Assembly (NCBI GenBank): GCA_020056305.1
Contig: JAGVIA010000034.1
Coordinates: 1 to 32,000, forward strand
Length of the DNA stretch: 32,000 bases
Source: an archaeon
Lineage (GTDB): Archaea > Micrarchaeota > Micrarchaeia > Anstonellales > Anstonellaceae
Direction of reading: 5' to 3'
Shown here one piece after another: positions 8,232-16,114 of this stretch. Under the pieces are notes generated by a model. It ran no database searches. It saw only the letters and a program-made list of their open reading frames with translations, and was not told the origin of the DNA. The first letter of the stretch is position 1. Each line of letters starts with the position of its first letter. Position numbers and translations under genes: made by a program.

Positions 8232-9298
8232 GCAAATTCATGGCGCTTGCATTGGAGCTTGCCAAAAAAGGGCATCCTTCTCCCAACCCATATGTCGGCG
8301 CAGTCATCGTGAAAGCTGGCAAAATAATTGCGACTGGATACCACGAGAAGGCAGGGATGCCGCATGCCGAGGCAATTGCGCTTGCACGGGCAGGCAGGAA
8401 GGCAAATGGCGCAAATCTATATGTGAATCTTGAGCCCTGCTCGCACATTGATAAGCGCACGCCCCCCTGCGTAGACGCAATCATCAGCGCTGGCATAAAA
8501 AAAGTTGTTTTTGCAATGAAAGACCCAAATCCGAAAGTCAATGGTGGAGCGGTATTGCGCAAAGCCGGCATAATTGTTGAGCATGGAGATATGCAAAAAG
8601 AGGCGCAGGAGCTAAATGTTGCATTTGCAAAGCACATCAAAACAGGCATGCCATACATCACTCTCAAAATGGCAATGAGCCTTGACGGGAAAATTGCGAC
8701 CAAAAATGGCGAATCCAAATGGATATCAGGAAAAGAATCCCGTTCAATAGTGCAGCAGATGCGTGCAAGAAATGCGGCAATACTTGTTGGGGTGGGCACG
8801 GTGCTTGCGGACAACCCGCATCTTGCATGCGAAATCAAGGGAACAGCACAGCCTCTTAGAGTAATTATTGACGCGGAATTAAGGGCGCCGCTTTCCGCGA
8901 ATGTTTTCCGTGATGCAAATGCAATTGTTTTCTGCTCAAAAAATGCACGCGAAGGGAAAAAGCGGCAGCTTGCAAAAAAAGGTGTCAAGGTAATTGGGCT
9001 TGAAAGCACTGAAGGCAAGCTCGACTTCATGAAAATTGCTTCCCATCTTGGCAGCATGGGCATAAACTCCGTTCTTGTCGAGGGCGGCGGGGACACTGCT
9101 GCATCCGCGCTCTTCTCAAAATGCGTGGATAAAATTGCATTTTTCATCGCGCCAAAAATAATCGGGGGCAAGATGGCGCAGGGGCCTGTTGGCGGGGAAG
9201 GCATAAGAACGCTAACCGATGTGATTGAACTTGCAGATATGTTGTGCACACAAATCGGTGCAGACCTGCTCATTACTGCCAGCCCCAGATACAAATAA
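8228..9298 (+). CDS. ribD: bifunctional diaminohydroxyphosphoribosylaminopyrimidine deaminase / 5-amino-6-(5-phosphoribosylamino)uracil reductase
   Basis: The N-terminal CDA-type zinc motif is HAEAIAL...LEPCSH..KRTPPCVDAI. The C-terminal RibD_C reductase has LKMAMSLDGKIAT and VLVEGGG. This is the fused bacterial-style architecture. Confidence 0.9.
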   Translation: MSKFMALALELAKKGHPSPNPYVGAVIVKAGKIIATGYHEKAGMPHAEAIALARAGRKANGANLYVNLEPCSHIDKRTPPCVDAIISAGIKKVVFAMKDPNPKVNGGAVLRKAGIIVEHGDMQKEAQELNVAFAKHIKTGMPYITLKMAMSLDGKIATKNGESKWISGKESRSIVQQMRARNAAILVGVGTVLADNPHLACEIKGTAQPLRVIIDAELRAPLSANVFRDANAIVFCSKNAREGKKRQLAKKGVKVIGLESTEGKLDFMKIASHLGSMGINSVLVEGGGDTAASALFSKCVDKIAFFIAPKIIGGKMAQGPVGGEGIRTLTDVIELADMLCTQIGADLLITASPRYK

Positions 9299-9322
9299 TA
9301 AGCGCGCCTTCGCCTATCTTGC

Positions 9323-10066
9323 ATGAAAGTCCGTTTTCTTGGCACGAACGGATGGTTCGACACCAAGGCAGGCAACACGGTATGCACCCTTCTTGAGACA
9401 AAGCACGCTCACATAGTGCTTGATGCTGGAAACGGCATCCACAAGCTTGACAAGTACATCACTGATTCGCGGCCCATCTACCTTTTCATCTCGCACTTCC
9501 ACCTTGACCACATCGCAGGCTTGCACGTGCTCTCTAAATTCAATTTTTCCCAAGGAATAAATATTATCGGTCAGGCAGGCACCAAAGCAGCGCTTGCTGA
9601 TATTTTCAAAGCCCCGTATTCCGTGCCATTCTCGCAGCTTCCATACGAGGTGCGCATCCTTGAGGTGGGAGCAGGCATCCACTCAGTGCCGTTCCCATTT
9701 ACGGCACTTCCCCTCCTGCACATCCATCCAACATTCGGCTACCGGCTTGAGCTGGACAACCGAAAACTTGCATATTGCTGCGACACCGGCCCGTGCCGGA
9801 ATCTTGCCGAGCTGGGGCGCGATGCGGATATGCTCATCACCGAATGCGCGCTTCGGGCAGGCGAAAAACTCCCCGGCTGGCCTCATCTGAATCCGCAGGA
9901 TGCTGCCAAAGCCGCGCTTGCCGCGGATGCAAAAAGGCTCGTACTCACGCACCTTGACCCGGTGAAATACCCTGATGCTGCAAGCAGGCTCGGCGCGCAA
10001 ACGGCCGCGCGCGAAATATTCAGGAACACGCAAGTTGCACAGGATGACGGAGTGATAGAGATTTAA
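9323..10066 (+). CDS. MBL-fold metallo-hydrolase (RNase Z / PhnP-like)
   Basis: It has the HxHxDH motif (ISHFHLDHIAGL), downstream His/Asp ligand positions (CCDTG, THLDP) and a size of about 250 aa. Confidence 0.75.
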   Translation: MKVRFLGTNGWFDTKAGNTVCTLLETKHAHIVLDAGNGIHKLDKYITDSRPIYLFISHFHLDHIAGLHVLSKFNFSQGINIIGQAGTKAALADIFKAPYSVPFSQLPYEVRILEVGAGIHSVPFPFTALPLLHIHPTFGYRLELDNRKLAYCCDTGPCRNLAELGRDADMLITECALRAGEKLPGWPHLNPQDAAKAALAADAKRLVLTHLDPVKYPDAASRLGAQTAAREIFRNTQVAQDDGVIEI

Positions 10067-10461
10067 AGGGAAGAAATAAGCTCCTTTACCTTGCGCTCTA
10101 TCTCGTCCCGTATCTTTTTTACTTCTTCAATTCCCTTTCCCTTCGGGTCATCAAGTTTCCAGTCGATTATTTTCTTACCTTTGAGCAATATTACTGGGCA
10201 TGCTTCCTGGATGCTGCACCCCATCGTGACAATGATGTCAGCTTCCGCTGCCGTTTTGGAATCAAGCAATTTTGGCTTGCTTTTTGAAATATCAATGCCC
10301 TTTTCTTTCATCACCGCGGCTGCGTTCTGGCTAACGCCGCTCGCAGGCATTGTCCCCCCGCTGATTGCCAGAATCTTTCCCTTCCCGTATTTTTTGGCAA
10401 ACGCTTCCGCCATCTGGCTTCGCCCGGCGTTCCCGATGCACGCAAAAAGTATCGTTTTCAT
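10063..10461 (-). CDS. arsC: arsenate reductase / low-molecular-weight phosphotyrosine phosphatase family (thioredoxin-coupled ArsC type)
   Basis: It has the CX5R P-loop (MKTILFACIGNAGRSQMAEAF) and a second Cys pair (TMGCSIQEACP) positioned as in B. subtilis-type ArsC. I moved the start to the internal ATG (10459-10461), because the track's longer ORF would overlap the upstream ACT gene. Confidence 0.7.
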   Translation of the reverse strand: MKTILFACIGNAGRSQMAEAFAKKYGKGKILAISGGTMPASGVSQNAAAVMKEKGIDISKSKPKLLDSKTAAEADIIVTMGCSIQEACPVILLKGKKIIDWKLDDPKGKGIEEVKKIRDEIERKVKELISSL

Positions 10462-10471
10462 ATTCCGCCCC

Positions 10472-11134
10472 TTATTTCTTCTTGAACGTCTCTTCCAATA
10501 TGGAATACGCGCGCGTCGCATCCCGATTTGAGAGCACAAGCGAATATTCCGTCATTGTGGAAACGGTCTCGTAAAGGTTGATGCCGTTCCACGCAAGCGT
10601 GCGCGTCACCGTTGCGAAAAAGCCCGGTATCTCGACTATTTTCGGCGGAATTTTTATCGATAGCAGGGCCAGCCCGTCCATCTCAGAGAGTATTTTCTCG
10701 CCGTGCAGCTTCTGCTCTATCAGCTTTTTGTATTTCTTGTTCGCGATTATGCTGATTTCGTACGCGCCGTGTATGATGTTGAGCGTGTCGCCCCTCTCGT
10801 GCTCCACAAGCGCGTATATGCCGTGCAGCTTGTCAAACATGCCGGGCGCCCTCACCACTGTTATTTCGCAGATGTCCGAGCGTATCGAAAGCTCGACATC
10901 GGATAGCGTTACTGATGAGCGCTCCTTCCTGCCGTGCTGTTGGAGTGTTTCGGCAAGCCTGTGCAACGCCATTATAATTGCGGCATCCGTCGCCTTCTTC
11001 CCCATTTCAGCCTCAACACGCGGCTTGATTTCCTGCGAGACGCGCGCAAGGTTGAGAATCCCCTTTGCCATCGCATCTTCAAGATATGGCTGGCCGGAAA
11101 CAATCTTTTCGACGGTGCGCGCGACTGATGTCAT
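10472..11134 (-). CDS. ACT-domain protein, putative amino-acid-binding regulator (COG2150-like)
   Basis: The C-terminal ...LLSIKIPPKIVEIPGFFATVTRTLAWNGINLYETVSTMTEYSLVLSNRDATRAYSILE is a typical ACT fold signature (G.....v...La..gINi......s....s.vv...d...a...L). A second ACT-like half lies upstream. Confidence 0.55.
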   Translation of the reverse strand: MTSVARTVEKIVSGQPYLEDAMAKGILNLARVSQEIKPRVEAEMGKKATDAAIIMALHRLAETLQQHGRKERSSVTLSDVELSIRSDICEITVVRAPGMFDKLHGIYALVEHERGDTLNIIHGAYEISIIANKKYKKLIEQKLHGEKILSEMDGLALLSIKIPPKIVEIPGFFATVTRTLAWNGINLYETVSTMTEYSLVLSNRDATRAYSILEETFKKK

Positions 11135-11188
11135 AACTAATCACCTTCATTTTTGTTATTCTCTTTACATTATGTATATTAATAAACG
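11132..11188. repeat. copy 1 of a ~57-bp A/T-rich promoter/5'-leader block (functional copy, drives the ACT gene)
   Basis: CATAACTAATCACCTTCATTTTTGTTATTCTCTTTACATTATGTATATTAATAAACG. Read on the minus strand it gives a TATA-like TTATTAATATAC, then AGAATAACAAAAATGAAGGTGATTAGTT-ATG (ACT gene start). It matches 11661-11721 at about 75-80% by eye. Confidence 0.6.
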
Positions 11189-11215
11189 TTCCTAGAAATG
11201 CAGTAGGTGATTTTC

Positions 11216-11665
11216 ATGATTGCACAAGGAGTGGTATTGCCAGCACAGACTTCCACGCCGGCCGCAAGGAGGATGGAAGCTGGAATCCAGTTGCAAGGGC
11301 ATCGGGGAAGGATAGGCGACTTGATGGAACAGCTTCGGTTGCAGCTATTGCGCGGGGAAGCAAACCCCTATACTTTATCTGCATTGCGCATTGAAGCCGG
11401 CCATATGGATACCTTGCTGCGTGAGCTTGGCCAGCCACAGGGCAGCCAGAATGGCGCAAGGCAGCAGAATGTGGGTTCTGCTGCCGACCATTGGGACGAA
11501 CCCCTTGAAGAGCCTGCCGTACATCGGCAAACAGAGGAATTTCCGCTGGGAAGAATAGTTAGCGTAGACGGGACTGTCAGGTCGGTAACCTCTGTCGCTT
11601 CCATGTATCAGCATCTTGCAGGGCCACTTAGCGAAGGGGCATTAGACGTCCCTCTGACCTGCTAA
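11216..11665 (+). CDS. hypothetical protein (149 aa), no recognisable family
   Basis: The ORF is uninterrupted. A GGTGA SD lies 6 nt upstream of the ATG at 11216 (the track starts at a GTG at 11207). I recognise no motif. The ORF is bracketed by the two copies of the promoter block. Caveat: this genome produces many long antisense shadow ORFs. Confidence 0.35.
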   Translation: MIAQGVVLPAQTSTPAARRMEAGIQLQGHRGRIGDLMEQLRLQLLRGEANPYTLSALRIEAGHMDTLLRELGQPQGSQNGARQQNVGSAADHWDEPLEEPAVHRQTEEFPLGRIVSVDGTVRSVTSVASMYQHLAGPLSEGALDVPLTC

Positions 11666-11721
11666 TAACAAATCCTCCATTTTTTGTTATTCTACTAACA
11701 TAGCGTATATTAATTAAAAAG
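11661..11721. repeat. copy 2 of the ~57-bp promoter/5'-leader block (decayed: ATG position reads ATT)
   Basis: GCTAATAACAAATCCTCCATTTTTTGTTATTCTACTAACATAGCGTATATTAATTAAAAAG. On the minus strand it reads TTAATTAATATAC...AGAATAACAAAAAATGGAGGATTTGTT-ATT. The position equivalent to the ACT-gene ATG is ATT, and stops follow within about 12 codons. Confidence 0.55.
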
Positions 11722-11804
11722 AGCCGAAAAACAGTATCAAAAACGCTATAGCAAACCCGGATAGTTTTTTGGCATGGAGCTTGTGATGCCGCAGCGGGTT
11801 TCAG

Positions 11805-11888
11805 CATCGAGCTTTGCTCGATGACTGATGCATTTTGCTTGAGGCAAAATGCACATGCTACATGCTTGTCCGCGAAATATTCGCGGAC
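11805..11888 (+). promoter_or_regulatory. three consecutive perfect hairpins/palindromes immediately upstream of the lysW SD
   Basis: P1 at 11805-11823 is CATCGAGC-TTT-GCTCGATG (8 bp). P2 at 11829-11853 is TGCATTTTGC-TTGAG-GCAAAATGCA (10 bp). P3 at 11868-11888 is GTCCGCGAA-ATA-TTCGCGGAC (9 bp). The SD GGAGGAT lies at 11898-11904 and the lysW ATG at 11912. No U-tracts follow the stems. Confidence 0.5.
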
Positions 11889-11911
11889 TGCTATAATGGA
11901 GGATGGTTCAA

Positions 11912-12082
11912 ATGGCAGAAGCCGAATGCCCGGAATGCGCGGGAAAAATAGCGCTCATGGAAGGGACGGAAGTGGGTGAAATCATAACGTGCGCCGACTG
12001 CGGATGCAAGCTTGAGGTCACGGCAGTGAATCCGCCAGCGGTGCAGAAGGCTCCTGAGGTCCAGGAGGATTGGGGCGAGTAA
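11912..12082 (+). CDS. lysW: amino-group carrier protein LysW (56 aa)
   Basis: Hand translation gives MAEAECPECAGKIALMEGTEVGEIITCADCGCKLEVTAVNPPAVQKAPEVQEDWGE. It has a zinc ribbon plus the diagnostic acidic C-terminus EDWGE. It lies directly upstream of lysX. The ORF is below the track's cut-off; the track shows only an antisense ORF here. Confidence 0.9.
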   Translation: MAEAECPECAGKIALMEGTEVGEIITCADCGCKLEVTAVNPPAVQKAPEVQEDWGE

Positions 12083-12121
12083 GATGGCTGCAACGGGCGC
12101 ACGGCAAGCGGAGGCGGTAAG

Positions 12122-12979
12122 ATGAGGCTTGGGTTAATCTACACAATCATAACGCCGGAGAACAAGCTTCTCCTTTCGGCAGCGCAAGCGCGCGGTGTGG
12201 AGCTTGAGCGCATAAGCGATGACTCGATTCTCATGGACGTGCACCGCACAGGTGATGCGGCATCCTTCGATGCCGTATTGCAGCGCTCTTCCAGCTATTC
12301 CCGCAGCCTTTACATCTCACAGTATTTCGAAGAAGCAGGAACGCGTGTTGTGAATTCCTATGCCACACAGAGGTTGTTTGGGGACAAGGCATCCACTTCT
12401 TTTGCGCTTGCAAGGGCAAAAATACGCACGCCAAGGACAATAGTGGCATGTTCACCAGAATCAGCTCGCGCCGCGGCAAGGGAGCTCGGATTCCCGCTTG
12501 TGATAAAACCCCCAATGGGAAGCTGGGCGCGCATGGTGCAACGCATAAATGATAATGACTCACTTGATGCGGCGATTGAGTGCCGCGAGGAAATGGGCAA
12601 TGTCTGGCAGAAGATATATTATTTGCAGGAGTTTGTCAAGAAGCCAGGCCGCGACATACGCGTGTTTGTCGTTGGAAACGAGGCGATTTGCGCAATCTAC
12701 CGCAATTCCACTGAAAAAAGCGGCTGGATTACAAACACCGGCCGGGGCGGCACTGCAAGCAACTGCCCGCTCACGCCCGAAATTTGCGAGCTTGCAATTG
12801 CCGCAAGCTCAAAGCTTGCAGGCGAGGGAATTTACGGCGTTGACATGATGGAAGGCCCCGAGGGGCTCATGGTGCACGAAGTGAACCATACCACTGAGTT
12901 TAGGAATTCCATTGCGCCAACCGGCACTGACATTCCTGGGAAGATGATAGATTTCCTGATTCAACATGCAAAGAGGTAG
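12122..12979 (+). CDS. lysX: RimK-type ATP-grasp ligase LysX/ArgX ([LysW]-aminoadipate/glutamate ligase)
   Basis: It is an ATP-grasp of about 285 aa (FPLVIKPPMGSWARMV, YLQEFV, DIRVFVVG, GVDMME) immediately after lysW, with a GGAGG SD upstream. Confidence 0.85.
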   Translation: MRLGLIYTIITPENKLLLSAAQARGVELERISDDSILMDVHRTGDAASFDAVLQRSSSYSRSLYISQYFEEAGTRVVNSYATQRLFGDKASTSFALARAKIRTPRTIVACSPESARAAARELGFPLVIKPPMGSWARMVQRINDNDSLDAAIECREEMGNVWQKIYYLQEFVKKPGRDIRVFVVGNEAICAIYRNSTEKSGWITNTGRGGTASNCPLTPEICELAIAASSKLAGEGIYGVDMMEGPEGLMVHEVNHTTEFRNSIAPTGTDIPGKMIDFLIQHAKR

Positions 12980-12985
12980 GTTTTG

Positions 12986-14032
12986 ATGATACGAGCAAGC
13001 ATTATCGGGGCATCTGGTTACACTGGCGGCGAGCTTTACCGCCTGCTTATCATGCACCCTGAGGTGCAGGTCGAGCAAATCACAAGCGAGCGCTTTGCTG
13101 GCGAATTTGCGACAAAGATACACCCGAACCTCCGCTCTTTCACGCAACAGAAGTTTGTCTCAGTAAAGGAAATGAAGCGCGACACTGATGTCGTGTTTCT
13201 TTGCACGCCGCATGAGAAGGCAATGGATTATGTTGCGGAATTCATGTCTACTGGCATGAAGATAGTGGATCTGTCCGCGGACTTCCGGCTGCGCAATGCG
13301 CAAACATACGAGCAGTATTACACAAAGCACAGGCACCCCCAGCTTCTGTCGCAGGCAGTGCTTGGCATTCCGGAGCTTCACCGCGAGGAAATAAAGAGCG
13401 CAAAGCTCGTGGGCACCGCAGGCTGCCTCTCGACAAGCGTCATCCTCGCGCTTGCGCCCCTTGTCAAGAATGGATTGATTGACCTTGAGCACATCATTGT
13501 GGATTCCAAAATCGGAAGCGCGGCAGCAGGCGCCGCATTTGATATCTCCACTCATCACCCTGAGAGGCAGGGCGTTGTGCGCTCTTACAAGCCGACCGGG
13601 CACCGTCACACTGCTGAAATCGAGCAGGAAATGGGCCTGCTTGCAGGCAGGCAGGTGCGCGTCGGGCTTACGCCCCATGCCGTTGAGATGGTGCGCGGAA
13701 TAATGAGCACAACCCATTGCTGGCTGCCAAAGCCATTGGCGGACATTGACCTCTGGAAGGCATACCGCGGCTTTTACAAGGACTCGCCATTCGTGCGCCT
13801 TGTGAAGGAAAAGGGCACGCTGTACAGGTATCCAGAGCCAAAGATGGTAATCGGCACGAACTTCTGCGACATTGGGTTTGAGCTTGACCCAACAATGCCA
13901 AGGCTCGTTGTGATGAGTGCGATTGACAACCTTGTGAAGGGCAGCGGCGGGCAGGCAATACAGTGCATGAACCTGATGTTTGGGCTGGATGAAAAAGTTG
14001 GGCTGTGGAGGCCAGGAATGCATCCAATATAA
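12986..14032 (+). CDS. lysY: [LysW]-aminoadipate/glutamate-phosphate reductase (ArgC/LysY family)
   Basis: IIGASGYTGGELYRLL is the NADP site, and GCLSTSVILALAPL carries the catalytic Cys, typical of N-acetyl-gamma-glutamyl-phosphate reductase homologues. The start is set at the ATG at 12986 (the track uses the TTG at 12983). Confidence 0.9.
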   Translation: MIRASIIGASGYTGGELYRLLIMHPEVQVEQITSERFAGEFATKIHPNLRSFTQQKFVSVKEMKRDTDVVFLCTPHEKAMDYVAEFMSTGMKIVDLSADFRLRNAQTYEQYYTKHRHPQLLSQAVLGIPELHREEIKSAKLVGTAGCLSTSVILALAPLVKNGLIDLEHIIVDSKIGSAAAGAAFDISTHHPERQGVVRSYKPTGHRHTAEIEQEMGLLAGRQVRVGLTPHAVEMVRGIMSTTHCWLPKPLADIDLWKAYRGFYKDSPFVRLVKEKGTLYRYPEPKMVIGTNFCDIGFELDPTMPRLVVMSAIDNLVKGSGGQAIQCMNLMFGLDEKVGLWRPGMHPI

Positions 14033-14107
14033 GCGAGCAATGAAGAAAAAAGGCATTCATTGGCAGGCAAATTGACATTGAATGCGCATATTGAAAGGCG
14101 GTTGCAT

Positions 14108-14896
14108 ATGATTGTCGTGAAAATTGGTGGAAGCATATTTGGCAGGGAGGAAAAGCTCCTTGCAGACATCGCCAGCCTTGGGCAGCAGATCATTCTCGTT
14201 CATGGCGGCGCTGCCGAAACGACAAAGCTTGCTGAAAAAATCGGCGTGCCTGTGCAATACATTACCTCTCCCGACGGCTTCAAGTCCAGGCACACCACCC
14301 GCGAGATGATGGATATTTTTCTCATGGCAGTGGGCGGGAAAATCAACAAGACTCTGGTTGCGCGCCTTCAGAAGCTTGGCGTAAATGCCGTTGGCATCTG
14401 CGGCATGGATGGCAGGATGCTCTTGGCGCGAAGAAAGATTCTCACAAGCATCGAGGATGGCAAGACAAAAATGGTGCGTGATGACTATACTGGCAAGATT
14501 GAGAAGGCGAATGCAAATCTGCTGCAAGCATTGCTAGGGGGCGGCTTTACGCCTGTTGTTGCACCCATTACGCTCTCAGAGGAATCCGAGCCTCTGAATT
14601 CAGATGGTGACAGGACAGCTGCGATGATAGCAGTGGCAGTGGGTGCGCAAAAGCTCGTGCTGCTCACGGATGTGGATGGGTATTTTGCAAATTTTCCAAA
14701 TGATTTTGTGCCAAATATGAATGCCGGTGAAATTGAAAATGCAATGAAGACGGCAACTGGGGGCATGAAGAGGAAGCTGCTTGCCGCAAAGGAAGCAATA
14801 GCTGGTGGAGTAAGTGAAGTGATTCTTGCAAATGGGCAAAACGATGCGCCCCTATCAGCCGCACTGAATGGTGCAGGAACACACCTATCGAAGTGA
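14108..14896 (+). CDS. lysZ: [LysW]-aminoadipate/glutamate kinase (ArgB/LysZ family)
   Basis: MIVVKIGGS...ILVHGGA...NSDGDRTAAMIAVAVGA..LVLLTDVDG are amino-acid-kinase family motifs. Thermus LysZ also starts MIVVK. The track's TTG start at 14060 is probably too long. Confidence 0.85.
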   Translation: MIVVKIGGSIFGREEKLLADIASLGQQIILVHGGAAETTKLAEKIGVPVQYITSPDGFKSRHTTREMMDIFLMAVGGKINKTLVARLQKLGVNAVGICGMDGRMLLARRKILTSIEDGKTKMVRDDYTGKIEKANANLLQALLGGGFTPVVAPITLSEESEPLNSDGDRTAAMIAVAVGAQKLVLLTDVDGYFANFPNDFVPNMNAGEIENAMKTATGGMKRKLLAAKEAIAGGVSEVILANGQNDAPLSAALNGAGTHLSK

Positions 14897-14903
14897 TTGA
14901 GGG

Positions 14904-14922
14904 TGTGCGCATTTTGCGCACA
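14904..14922 (+). promoter_or_regulatory. intercistronic hairpin between lysZ and lysJ
   Basis: TGTGCGC-ATTTT-GCGCACA is a 7-bp perfect stem, extendable with G-U pairs. It is flanked by a duplicated AAGTGATTG (14891-14899, which contains the lysZ stop, and AGTGATTG at 14929-14936, which acts as the SD for lysJ). Confidence 0.4.
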
Positions 14923-14938
14923 TCACAAAGTGATTGCA

Positions 14939-16114
14939 ATGGACGCACAACAAATAATGGAGCTTGAGAAGAATTTCGAAGTGCCGGTCTACCCCAAGCG
15001 CAACATGGTGCTTGCGCGCGGGCAGGGCACGCGCGTATACGATAGCAACGGCAAGGAATACATTGATTGCGCAGCAGGTGTCGCAGTAGCGGTGCTTGGG
15101 CACAACCATCCGGCACTTGTGAAGGCAGTAAGCGAGCAGGCAGGCAAAATGATTACCTGCTCATCTTCGTTCCAGAACGAGCCGCGCGCAAGGCTGTTGG
15201 AAAGGCTTGCAGCAGTTGCAAAGCCGCTGGGCTTATCGCGCTCGTTCCTTTCCAATTCGGGCACAGAGGCAATTGAGGCTGCCATGAAATTTGCGCGCGC
15301 CTACACAAAGAAAAAGAATTTCATCGCATGCATGAGCGGCTTTCATGGCAGGACAATGGGTGCCCTCTCGCTTACTTTCAAGCCTGCATACAGGGAGCCA
15401 TTCGTGCCACTTGTGGAGAGCGTGAAGCACGTGCGTTATGGGGATGCAAATGCGCTGCGCGATGCAATAGATGAAAATACTGCAGCCGTTTTCCTCGAGT
15501 GCATACAGGGCGAAGGCGGGGTTCGCATGCCGCCAGATGGCTATCTGCAGCAGGCGCGCGAGATTTGCACACAAAAGGGCACACTGCTCGTCATTGACGA
15601 GATACAGACTGGCATGGGCAGGACTGGGAAGCTTTTCGCATCCGAGCATTTTGGCATCAAGCCTGACATGGTCACGCTTGCAAAGGGCATTGCTGGCGGC
15701 TTGCCGATGGGCGCGACAATAGTGCGCGAAGAGATTGCGCAATCGCTAAAGCCATTGCAGCACGGAAGCACGTTTGGCGGAAATCCGCTGTGCTGCGCCG
15801 CATCACTTGCGGTGTTTGACACGATAGAGCGCGATCATCTTGTGCAGAATGCCGCAGATGTTGGCGCATATTTCATGAACGGACTTAAGAGGATGGCGGC
15901 TGAGAAAAAGGACATCCGCGAAGTGCGCGGCATGGGGCTGCTCATTGGCATGGAAATGAAGAAGCCTGTCAAGGATTATCTCATGGGCTTGGCAGAGCGC
16001 GGTGTGATTGCGCTTTCAGCAGGTGACACAGTGCTTCGCTTCGTACCGCCGATAATATTCTCACGGGAAGATGCGGACAAGGTTCTTGCAGCGCTAAACG
16101 AGGTTGTTGGATGA
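14939..16114 (+). CDS. lysJ: class III PLP aminotransferase, ArgD/LysJ family
   Basis: SNSGTEAIEAAMKFAR, LVIDEIQTGMGRTGK and TLAKGIAGGLPMGA (PLP Lys) are acetylornithine-aminotransferase-type motifs. The start is moved to the ATG at 14939 behind a GTGAT SD. Confidence 0.9.
   Translation: MDAQQIMELEKNFEVPVYPKRNMVLARGQGTRVYDSNGKEYIDCAAGVAVAVLGHNHPALVKAVSEQAGKMITCSSSFQNEPRARLLERLAAVAKPLGLSRSFLSNSGTEAIEAAMKFARAYTKKKNFIACMSGFHGRTMGALSLTFKPAYREPFVPLVESVKHVRYGDANALRDAIDENTAAVFLECIQGEGGVRMPPDGYLQQAREICTQKGTLLVIDEIQTGMGRTGKLFASEHFGIKPDMVTLAKGIAGGLPMGATIVREEIAQSLKPLQHGSTFGGNPLCCAASLAVFDTIERDHLVQNAADVGAYFMNGLKRMAAEKKDIREVRGMGLLIGMEMKKPVKDYLMGLAERGVIALSAGDTVLRFVPPIIFSREDADKVLAALNEVVG

Noticed and set aside
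8071-9387. 438-aa minus-strand ORF, the third-longest 'new' ORF in the track
   Set aside because: It lies exactly antisense to ribH/ribD, whose products carry unmistakable family motifs. Its translation is low-complexity (A/S/P/F-rich) with no motif. It is a shadow ORF caused by codon bias.
10578-11195. 205-aa plus-strand ORF
   Set aside because: It is antisense to the ACT-domain gene. Its translation is Ser/Ile/Phe-rich shadow sequence.
11908-12102. 64-aa minus-strand ORF listed in the track over the lysW position
   Set aside because: The plus strand here encodes a textbook LysW (zinc ribbon plus EDWGE tail) with an SD, directly before lysX. The minus ORF is its shadow.
13160-14056. 298-aa minus-strand ORF (and 13668-14193 ORFs)
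   Set aside because: They are antisense to lysY/lysZ, which have clear catalytic motifs. No SD or start context supports them.
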